Source: Phoronis australis
Taxonomy: Eukaryota; Animalia; Phoronida
Direction of reading: 5' to 3'
Assembly (NCBI GenBank): GCA_002633005.1
Contig: NMRA01000069.1
Location: 850,990 to 914,989 of the forward strand
DNA: 64,000 bases
Of the stretch, positions 36,701 to 48,700 are shown one piece after another. Both the position numbers and the translations under genes were made by a program. The notes under the pieces were generated by a model, which worked only from the letters and a program-made list of their open reading frames with translations, was not told where the DNA came from and did no database searches. Numbering within the stretch: the stretch's first letter is position 1; each line of letters starts with the position of its first letter.

Positions 36701-39700
36701 GTTTATTAATCAAGTCTAAATGATAAATCACCACATATTTTTTATTCTTTTGCAATTTTGCAAAAAGTATTTTTTCCAATGTTAATGCCTGTTGGCTAAC
36801 GCGCATCTGACATCACTGGGATGTACCAACCTCACAGAAGAAAAGCAAAAAATGCTGTGAGTTTGCACAGGTTGCCATTAAAGATGCCCTCGCTACTGGC
36901 CAAATGGCTCAATGCGATGAAATTGAAGAATTTGCCTGTGAGTGAGCACTCCCGCGTTTGTGTGATGATCATTTCTCTGGAGTGAGAAGGTACCCAGTAA
37001 AAATGAACTTAAGGTTGTGGACAAAAATGGCCAAATTTGGCTTACTTTGAAACGTCAGATCTCCAAAATGGCCGATCAGATTCACATGAAGCTTGCAGGT
37101 ACCTTGCTTTATGGGCTGTTTTCTAAAGGAGTTGTTTGAGAAATGGTCCACTTTTGCATGACGGGCTATCAAAAATAGGACTTCAATGCAAAAATCAAAA
37201 GGTGCATGAGACTGAAACCTAAGGATATTTGTTTTTGCAACTTTATCCTCAACACTTTTGTCAAATGAAATTTGACCATGTCATTGACATTGCTACAAAT
37301 CTGCCTTCCATTTATGTTAAATTTTACTGATGGTCACATGACCCTGTTACTGGCAGATTGGTATAACTGTAAAAATCAAGATCTATCATTATATATACTT
37401 TTGCAGAGTTCATTTCTCTAGTTCTATAAATGCACAGTCCTATTCATAAGGTCCTACATAGCTCAGTGTACAGTATGTGTCCATTGGCATACCGTATTCG
37501 CCCTAATAAGCGCCTAGGGCGCTTAGAAAAATTCGTTTCAGGGAGGTGCTTATTGTAGCCTAAAACGGTTGAAACCCGGTATCAGAAGCAGGTGCAATCG
37601 GAAGCTATTATTCATCAAATTTACACTCTGTGACGTATCTGTAACCTATGACAGACATTGTACACAATTGTGGTGCATTGCTATCAAACTTCGATACGAT
37701 CCTTTTTCAAAAAAATTGCTGAAATCCCAGGGTGAAAGCTTGCCGACTGATGTGTCGCTGCCTCACGATGGTCGATAGGGCAACTTGAATTCTTGAATAA
37801 AAATACAGTTTCGACTCAACAAANACTTTGCCCACTTTACACCAATCTGTCGTTCGTTGAGTCACGTGACTATGGAAAGTCCCGTTCTTAGGTATATAAC
37901 ATACGAACATTACAGACATCGTCAGTGGATGGATGATAATTTCAATTTAAAAAACATTTGTGACTGACTGCAAGTTAGGAATCTACAGGAAAACTAAATG
38001 AAAAACATTGTTAGTGTAAAATTGAATACTGTATTATCAGGTGGGGTGGGGAGGGGGGTTTAGAATGCATCTCAAGTTTTAAGTTGCATTTACACCAGAT
38101 GGAGCAGCTAACAGGGAATAGCTGATGGGGTGCAAGTTTGTGTGTGTAAACAGGACTGACACCTATTTATTGTGCAATATGACAGACAAGTAAAACATAA
38201 CGTTATCGAATTTCTCAACTTTAAGTACAGATAAATTTGAATTTTTATGATTCTGTTCAGAACTTGTCATAAAACAACATTTAGCAAATTAGTCATTTTT
38301 CAGCAAGGCGATTGGTCATTCCATTTATTTTGTGCAAAATAAGTTACAATTTGTCATTTTTAAACTGCTGTTTGACTGATTCATACGTGATGTTTATCAG
38401 CACTACATGTGAACATTTTGTCGAACGGCATCGCTGTTCAGTCAAATAAATACGGAACCTTTTATTTTTCAAAGCATTTCTAGTCCAAAGTTTGCTCTAT
38501 CGTAATTTAAAAGGTGAAAGCACTCCATTAGCAAAATTAACCAGTCGCTGGATTGACAATCGTTCCATCCACTGAATCACATGAAGCAGCATTTGACAAA
38601 ATATGACCATGGCTCCTAGTAATTAGGTGTGTCCAAGCACTTACATTTTAAAAAATAAGTTATGAATAAAAATTGCTATTTGCAAGAAAGTCTTAAATGA
38701 TTGTTTTAACATTTTAGAACTTTTCACATTTCTCTAAATCATGTCTGAACATTTGTAAACATGTGGCAAAAATCGGGCCTTTCTTACATAATGGCCACCT
38801 AGTTTTTGAACTTAAAGTAGGTCACAAATATGTAAATTTCACAGGAATTACACCAAATTTGAGCTTTTTGATTGGTCCAACAGAAAGGTAGAAGATAAAG
38901 TTCTCGTATAAGGAATGTGGAGGGATGTATGCATCCTCAAAAAAATTTTCACCGACGAGGTCACGTTGTCTATTTTCCTAGGCCATTTTGCATATAACTT
39001 GAATGCGTATGCCTTTTTATGGAGAGTTGTAAACAAATCACATTTGGTGAAGGTTTACTTATTTTTGTGTAAGCATATAGTTTGTTATCCTTGGACTAAT
39101 TTCATGTTCCTCAACGGACCTCGCTGATTGTTGTTTCAGAGAATCATTTCAGAAAATAGTCTTCTGTGTTAAAAAAGTCTAGTAGACAGTTGCACTTATT
39201 TATTTGGCTGTTACCGTAATTTACAGTGGAATGTTTTTCTATGTGTCTAGGTGCACCAGTACTTGAGACGAGTTACATAATTGTATGAACCCTTGAAAGG
39301 GACCATTGATTTCATAAGGGTTGATCACCTGTCAGGTCATGCCTGTTTACAGTGATCTGACTTCAGGTATCTTGATAACTGGCTTGAATGTACCAGCAAC
39401 CACGAAATGGACATATGTTTAATGAAGTACAAAACATGCAGTTTTAATGTAATTAAGTTTATTAATCAAGTCTAAATAATAAGTCACCTCATATTTTTTA
39501 TTCTTTCGCAATTTTGTAAAAAGTATTTTTTCCAATGTTAATGCCTGTTGGCTAACGCGCATCTGACATCACTGAGGCTGTAGCGCAGGTGAAGGCCTCT
39601 CACAACTGTGTGTTGTGAGAGGCCTTCGCGCAAAAGTTCGTATTGTAAGTTTATTACTCATGTAGTGTTGACTACTAGTGGAACGATGCCATTCTGCATT

Positions 39701-42700
39701 GCTTTTGGATGTACCAACATCACGGAAGAAAAGCAAAAAATTCTGCGAGTTTGCGCAGGTTGCTTTTAAAGAAGCCCTCGCTACTGGCCAAATGGCTCAA
39801 TGCGATGAAAGTGAAGAATCTGCCTGTGAGTGAGCACTCCCACGTTTGTGGTGATCACTTCTCTGGAGTGAGAAGGTCCCCAATAAAAATGAACTTAAGG
39901 TTGTGAACAAAAATGGGCAAATTTGGCTTACTTCGAAACGTCAGATCTCCATAATGGCTGATCAGATTCACATGAAGCTTGCAGGTACCCTGCTTTATGT
40001 GCTGTTCTCTAAAGGAGTTGTTTGAGAAATGGTCCACTTTTGCATGACGGGCTATCAAAAATAGGACTTCAATGCAAAAATCAAAAGGTGCATGAGACTG
40101 AAAAGCTAAGGATATTTGTATTTGGGACTTTATCCTCGACATTTTTGTCAAATGAAATTTGGCCATGTCATTGGCATTGCTACAAATGTGTCTTTCGTTT
40201 ATGTTAAATTTTACTGATGGTCACATGACCCTGTTACTGGCCAATTGGTAACTGTAAAAATCAAGATCTATCATTATATATACTTTTGCAGAGTTCATTT
40301 CTCTAGTTCTATGAATGCACAGTCCTATTCATAAGGTCCTACATAGCTCAGTGTACAGTATGTGTCCATTAAATTTAGAGTAGGATTCTTAATAATCCGT
40401 TGATGGTACACAGTTTTACTTTAGTGAGCCTGCTCATTTTGTTTTCATGGGCATTCACAAATATCCCTGTCAAAGTCATTGTGCTCCCTAATCAAATTGA
40501 TCAAATTTACATCCACTGAATGGAGTCTATAAGGCTTTTCCCACCAACATAAATCCGACACTAGCGAAGCATCAATGTAATCTACGAAGTTAACTTGAGC
40601 ATTCCCATCAGCATCAGTAGTTACTACTCGTCAGGGCTATTACTAAATGATGCTATCATCATTAATTTTAAGCTATCCCAAGGTGGCATACTGTATTCGC
40701 CCTAATAAGCGCCTGGGGCGCTTAGAAAAATTCGTTTCAGGGTGGTGCTTATTGTAGACTAAAACGGTTGAAACCCGGTATCAGAAGCAGGTACAATCGG
40801 AAGCTATTATTCATCAAATTTACACTCTGTGACGTATCTGTAACCTATGACAGACATTTTACACAATTGTGGTGTATTGCTATCAAACTTCGATACAAGC
40901 CTTTTTCAAAAAAATGTGCTGAAATCCCAGGGTGAAAACTTGCCGACTGATGCGTCGCTGCCTCACGATCGTCGATAGGGCAACTTGAATTCTTGAATAA
41001 AAATACAGTTTCGACTCAACAAATTACCTGAAATCTTCCTTAAGTTTTCCAAATAGCTTCCCGAAGATTTTTAAGTTTCCTTAACTGTAGATTAAGTCCA
41101 AATCTGCGCTACATCGTACCCCACAGCATGAGAAAAATGTCTGGACGAACACACATATTGTTGTCACGTGACGCCTGTTTTGAAGTTCGTCTGCATGTGT
41201 GAGTGAGCGAGAGCATGCATGTCATCATAGATCATTTGCCAGAGCAAACGCAATGTAACTGAAGAAATTAACTCAAGCAGTAAAGCCGAACGCGTTTTAT
41301 TTAGCACTTGCTAGTGTCATCTGCTAAAAAACATCCGAGAATTGTCTCGGTAAAGCTGATATTTAATGTCATTGAGTCGCCGAGTGACTGGATGCGTGAC
41401 AGTCTTACAGATTCGGGGTGTAAGGGTGCGGAAGTGTTCACTATCAGTGGGTCATTTTGACTTTAATAGCAGTGCATCTGGATCTAGGTCTTGTCGCAGA
41501 ACGTAAATATCCAATGCAAAACCCAGAAACTTCCTGATAGTGATTTTTGTCTTGTGAAATAGACATGGGAATTAGACGTGTTTTGTGTAGGAAAGCACAA
41601 AATATATGTTGATGCTTAAATTTCGTCGCATGTATTTAAAAGCTATGCCATAGCGAGATGTTAAACAAAGCTTCAAAAAGTGGATAGCTGGCAACTACAA
41701 TTGTCTCAACATAAGGATACTCTCAGAACTTTTGATGCGTAAGTCTGGAAGTGTGGGTGAGCGTGCCCAATACAAATGTTTGTACTGGCAGAATTTATTT
41801 TGATAACCTTCCAAGAGTGTATTTTCTGTCCTTGAATCTATTTTGAATCTGTGATTGAATGTGACATAGCATTATGAGTTTGTGATAACAAATTACCAAA
41901 TAATACAATCAAGCATGTGAATAGAAAACAATATACAAATACCAATGTTTGAATTAACAGAAATGTTTTATATTTTTCTTTCTTAGTATCTGTCCATGTG
42001 TTGACAAACATATGACTCTATGAAAACATATTACCAATAATATCTTTGTTACTTATACAGCCAAAGCATGACTGCCAAACAGACTAATTGATACCAGACA
42101 CTGTAAAGTCCACCATCCTTATTCTGGGGATCATTTGGAGAACACTTGACCTGAGGAAGTCAAATACACATTTTGTTCCTAATGCAGCTTATCTGGCATT
42201 GGACTGTCTGGGGAAAGCCTTATCTAGAAGGCCTATGCTCAGGGCTGGGGAAACAATTTCAGAATCGTAAATACCTGGGTATTTCACCAGATGTTCGCAT
42301 CATGTATCTCTCAGAACACTGTGGCTGGAGTATGTACTCCATTATATTTGACAAGAATTTGCTGCTGAGAAATTGAAATGGGGGTGCATCCTTGGGGGGC
42401 ACCTTTTATTAAGTTTGCAGATGAATAAATCCAGTCACATTTTTGGAGAGTGGACCATTTACACAATAATTAAGTTGAGAGTTTCTGTGAAAAACCACTT
42501 TGTATAGATAGAACTCTTGCAAAAGTCTTTTTGAATTGTAGTACAGTTATCAACTTTTTGCCCTGCAGTTTTTAGGCATTCATTTTCTAGAATTGTGCTG
42601 AATAGGCATAGTATGGTTGAGTTCTAAGCTATGAATGTAGTCCGGGAAAGTACCCTCTTGTAGAAAATTTGGGATTGATAAACACCTATCTGATAGGCAT

Positions 42701-45700
42701 GTCCCTTATATGTATATTAACCATCTACAGTACGTCACTGCAAAAAATAATCGGACAGAATGTACCATAATTCTACGTCATGATGACTAAGTTAAGTGCA
42801 TGGGGAATTCCCTGTCATGGTGGTCGAGGGCAATGTGGTCACATGACAGGGAAATGAAATTTCTCTTGATTATTTTTGGTACGTTCTGTAGTGAGTATTT
42901 TGCACAACAGTCGAACATACGCAGCCTGTGCATCTGGCTGGCCGGATGTAAGATTGTTCTGATGGTACTGTACTTGTTTGTTTCCAGAGAAGAAAAAGAA
43001 AAAGAACGGAGACAAGAAGAAAGACGAGAATGGAGATGGTGACGGACAGAGTAGAGAAAAGCCAGAAACTAGACTGGGTAAATATCTTGAGCTGTAACGG
43101 GGATGTCTCACGGAAATTCTCACTGCGTTCTCAAGAATTTTAACAAACTGTTAGAACCAAATGAATACTGAAAACATTTGGCTGCAATCTAATCTATACC
43201 TCCATATGGAGGGGCTGTATTCAGTGAGTCTTTTTGGCCAAAGTTGCTAGTTTCTGTTAGTCCCCAACCTTGGTCATCATTTGTCGCGTCTACACTCAGC
43301 ATGCCCTAGAACGACTTGAACGAGTGCAGCTTACCCTCTCTGTGTGTGGATCGTGCACACATACATATCCGATAACTTGAGTAAGGTGGAAGTTGTCCGT
43401 CTATGCATTACAATGAACAGCTAATGCGAATACAGGGAACAAAAGAAGACTAGTCTGTATGTAATCGCACCTGATAGTTATTTCCGTATGCACCCCAGGT
43501 TTGTGGCCACACAGGAATTAGAAGTAGCGCAAGTTACCATAGAACAAGTTACCTTACCTCCATAAGGTGGAGTAAGTTGTCATTAAAGAGGCAAGTTACA
43601 CTAGTTAAAATAGCATCCAGGCAGCCATTAAAACTAGCAACAATTCATAACAGGAGTAACTTGTAGGATAAGTGTGTCTGTGGACGGCACCAAAGATATA
43701 TGGTTCAGGGCCCAGTTGCCGGTTGCATGAAACAGTCCCAAATAGGGACTCAACTAAGGTCCCTAAGTCTTTTTACGTATTTGTTTCTCTATGGACTCAC
43801 AGATGCAATATTTTTTATCATTTCGTGTTTATTATGAGCTTCTCTTTGATAAATGACATTTTCTAATAATTGAATTCAAAACTGAGCCCAACGTTCATTG
43901 AAAATAAATAGGGACTCAGTCCTTAAATTGGAGGTGTTGCATGAAAAGATACCTAAATATTTTCGATAATATTAACAATTCAACGTAGAATTCACTCTCG
44001 ACTTGTATCAAAGTCAAAAGTTGACTTAGTATTAAAACTAAAACAATTCAAGAAAGGGCAATCGATGTTTTCAAATGTCCAAAAATACGCAGTAGACTTA
44101 GGGAACTTAGTTAAGTCCCTATTTGGGACTGTTTCATGCAACCGGGCACAGATGTCTTGGGAACAAGTTTTGGGTGACACGCCCTTAACTTAAATTCCCG
44201 TGTAGCGCTTTATTTGAAAACCATGGTATTACAGGGCCCTTGATGCCTTAAATCAGTTTTTGTTCAATTGCAGTGGGACCGAAATTTTGTATCTTCGTCA
44301 GTCCTTGGGATGGGGATATAGCTCTGAAAACTGCAAAAAGAATGGTTATTTCGAAGAATAAATTTGTTGTAGAGTATTGAGAGGTTGTGGTGGACTTTAA
44401 CAGCACGGCCATTCTCATCTCACTACAGAAGACGCTAACAACACAATGTCCTCGGCGAGCACTGCCACAGGTTACGACCCTATCACTCGGGTTATTAAAA
44501 AGTTGCAAGTGAAACGATCTCCAAAATGAGTGAAAATAAAACTAGACTTTAATGACTACCATCCGACTTGGGTCATACGTCATTGCCTCAATTTTCATCG
44601 AGGAAAGTCAACTTGGGATTTAAATGACTCGCTATTATGTTCGAGGACCGAGATTTAATCAACCAGTCGGTCATGTGTACCCGGTTTTTGAAAAACCCAG
44701 CAGAATCAAGTAAAAAAAATAAAATCCACTTTCCTCATTTGCTTACTTATCAATTTCAGTTTTACTATATTTCACGATGATAAATGAAAACTTAGAAGTG
44801 ATGTGGTTTGCCTTACTTTTTGTGCTGAATTTTACCTGATAAGTTGCGGCATGTCATTTTTATTATTTCATAAAAGCGGAGAAAGGTCAGCGCCACCTTC
44901 AGAAAGAATGAAAAACTACTTAGAAAATGTCTGCTGCAAATCGATCGTTGATCGATACGTGGCCAGTTTACATGGACTTTGATGGATTACAGTCTTAATT
45001 TTGGCAATTAAAAAACAAAAATTTCATATCTACTACTGAAATACGGAAGTTCTGTTTGGAATCTCTTATTCCTTGAATGAAATCAGATTCTGTGAACTCC
45101 GTCTGTTTTCCATTACCATGTAAAAATTCTTAAGTTTGCGACGAAAATGATTTCATAAAGTTTCTGTAATTTCTGTTTTTTAAGTCTTGAATACATTGTT
45201 CCTGATAAAATGTTCTTGAAAAGTTGTTTTTGTTCCAAACTGATGAATTTTTACTGTAGACGCCAAAAAATGATACTCCCTGCCGGACTCATTATTTTAA
45301 CTTAGATTTTGAGATTGTTGCACAACAAAGTGTTCCAACTATTGGCTCACGCGGTATTTTAGCTGTGGTATTACGGTAAAATCCCACAAAATTAGGACTG
45401 GTGAAATTTTTTCATATTTTTTCCGGGAAAGATATGCAGCACTAAATTAATACCTTAGCATGTTCAAGTTCTGGACATTAGCAACCTCCAGACAAAATTT
45501 TGAAAAACTTTAAACAATTCTAGCAGTTATTCTGTCTGATAATTGATATTTTATGATATTGAAACAAAAGTCTGTTGTTTTGACACTCTCTTACTTCATA
45601 CAGATACTCTAATCTGAATAAGCATTGTTTTTAAGACATTGTAAGAAGATGAGGCCAACTTGAGTCTGGCTTAATTTGATGATAATCACACATTGTCATC

Positions 45701-48700
45701 ATTGTCTCGTAACTATGGCAACATAGAAAACGCATGGGTTTTTTTGAGGAAGGGCTTAGTCCAATATACTCAAGTATTAAAAAAGATAATGAATTTCTTT
45801 TTTGGCTGTACCACAAAGACTGACATCTAATTGGAATTGCCCTAATACTGTGGTGTTTGTTATGAAACTGATGATTGTCGTGTGTATTGGTTCGGGGTTG
45901 AGATGACTAGTACGGTTGTATTTTTACAACATTAAACAAAACTTCCATTTGTCATTTTTGTATTTCATCTTCTGTACCTAACTGAAGAATTTTTATCATA
46001 CTTATCAAAATTCTCCATAAAGTTTGGCGACCTTAACTGTACTGTCATCATACGACTAGTTTTTAATTTAAACTGTCTGTATCACCTGGCAGTCATCGCC
46101 TTCAGCTTAGCTGTATACTGGGTATATTCTTCTGGATCAATACTTTCACCGCAATTATCTACACTGCCTGTTAACGCGAGTTGCCCAGGTTAATTGTTTG
46201 TAACACATGTGGCACACTGATGGGAGGGAATAAAGATGAGTGCTATGAATACAAAATTTGAAACAATTGTTCTTTTCCAATATTTTTGTTAACGGTATAT
46301 TGAGTATCCAAATGTACCTGGGATTGCCGGTACATTTTTGTTAAAGGTATATTGAGTATCCAAACATTCGCTGGAGTACCTGAGATTACCGATGTGGCTT
46401 TGATTTGTCTTTTTTTAGTAAACAGAAAACTAGAGGTGCTTCGTGTGTTTGTTAACAGCCAATATCCCCCTCAGTCCCTGTGAAAAAGTACCATTATTAC
46501 GTGAAGTAGACAATCGTGACAGATTGCCTGTGCTTGCGTTATGTACAAACTTTCCGATTATTGCTGAACAATTTCAACTTCCATCTGTTTAGTACTTACT
46601 GCGTGCTCAAATATGTGCGTGCCTACTTTGTGCCGACATGAGATTTTTGCAAGGTCGGCAAATGAAATTTGAGGTCCTATTGGTGGCTTGTTGGTCGCCA
46701 AACTGAGCCTTGGTGGTAAATGCTGGTTGGAATGGAGCTTAACAATCACTTCATTCTTATTTTATCTTACTTTGAAGTCAGCCATTTTTGGCCATCCATT
46801 ATAGTGCTTATTGTAACTTTCAATAGTTTTGTTTCCTCTACTTTTTCTGAATTAAAGTCAATTGTTCACAAAGGATTGAATAAGAACGAGGATTTTATAA
46901 AAAGTATTAGTCTGTCTGTATAAAGGTTTTTTCAATTAGCGTTTGCTCGAGTAAGAACGGAAATGAGATTTAAGAGTCATGCGTGAGTGAGTTTAAGTTC
47001 AACAGATGTCATTTTTGAGGTCAAAGGTCAAATCCAAAAGCACATTTAAGTTTATTTTTGGCCACTTGTGTTTGAATATTCACCCTGAGCATATTTTCAG
47101 AAACTTTTCGTACTATGCGCCCACTGTGGATTGCTCCCAAGGGGCTCTCACGGAAATGACTGTCCAAAAAGACCCCCGATGGAGATCTATTGGAGCCTTG
47201 TATTGCAGCCACTGTGCCTGATTCAGCTGTGGCCTTTTAAGGAATCTTGCAATAGGAAGATTTTACATTCGCAACAGTTTTTGCTATAGCAATGCTTCTG
47301 TGGACAAGTGATTTAACTGAAAATTCTGATATTCATTTTAAGAATCAAGATAACATTGGCGTCTTCCTCTAACATGCAAAAGCAATGATCAAAAGGGCCC
47401 TCGTGAAGACCTCTTTGAATGTTTCTGTCCAAAAGGGCCGCGATGGGTCTTTGTCATGGTGTCGGCTCTTCCAGAAATCCCCAGTACTTTTCTTTTTTAA
47501 TGTTTGTTACGAAATCTTCAGAATACAATGAATATACATAACCCAGAAAGCGCCAAGAGGCATTAGATCTGGGTAAAAAAAAATGCAAAGAAGTCTCTAT
47601 ACAATGATTATATACGAATACATAAAAAAACTGATGTTAAGAATACAATGATATATGACAACGTACTAGGCATATATGTTCAGCTAGTTTGACATATGGC
47701 AATCTCTGGAAGTCTCTTTAACAAGTTTTATTTAGGTTGAGATTTCTTAACACCATTAAAAGGAAATTTAAAGCAATTTGTGGTGAGGTTTTTGTTGAAA
47801 TTTTCTTCAGGTTAAGGTTGTGTTGGACCTTACTGAGAATTCTGCGTATTTTTGAAAATATCGACAGACTGATGGATTTTATATTTTCTGAAAATAGAAA
47901 GCCTGTAGAATTTGATTTTTGGCATTTTAACAATCATCTATTAATTCGGTCATGTGGCCACGTCTTTTTAGCAAAAAAGAAAGTTGCATTTGTAGCAAAA
48001 CAACATCAATAAAAAACTGGTCAAATTTTATTTCATATGAGTGTTAATGGTGAGAGCTCAGAACGCTTATTTTCATTTTTTTCTCACTTACTGCTGTGTG
48101 ATATTGCAAAAATGTCACTAATTTGGGAGGAAGGTGCTTGCCAATGTTGGCCCTTTTGATTTTTTAAAGGTTCTAATTGTTGCGAATGACCACATCTTCT
48201 TAAAACTTTGTTCAAGTTAACTAGACGCATTGAACTTGAAAATTATAAAGCATTTCTTTGGTGTCATTAGGCTTTTGTGAAAAATTAAACTTTCCCTTGT
48301 CCATCATATTGTGTCCCAAATTGGTACCGAACATTAAAATGTTGAAATTTTGAAGAAACCTTATGCAAGGTGATCATGGATTTGAAAGTAGTACACTTGT
48401 CATCTTTATTTCAGACTTGTCGCAATCTTGGGAAAAGGTTGAAAGACCGAGCGAGGAAGGCGGTTTTGAAATGGTTGGTTCTATGCAGGACGATTCCGTC
48501 ATTGTGCTTAAGCAAGAACTCACTAGTGGGTCAAGTGGACTGGCAGATACACCCACTGACCCCGGACAGCAACACACTCTTGATTATGGCTCCGTCCAAC
48601 ATACAGAGCATCATGTGACACAGTCTTGCAGTAAATCTGTCGATGACGATGAGCCTGCGCCTCGTGAGGCACGGCACAGACCTGCCCATTGGACAGGACA

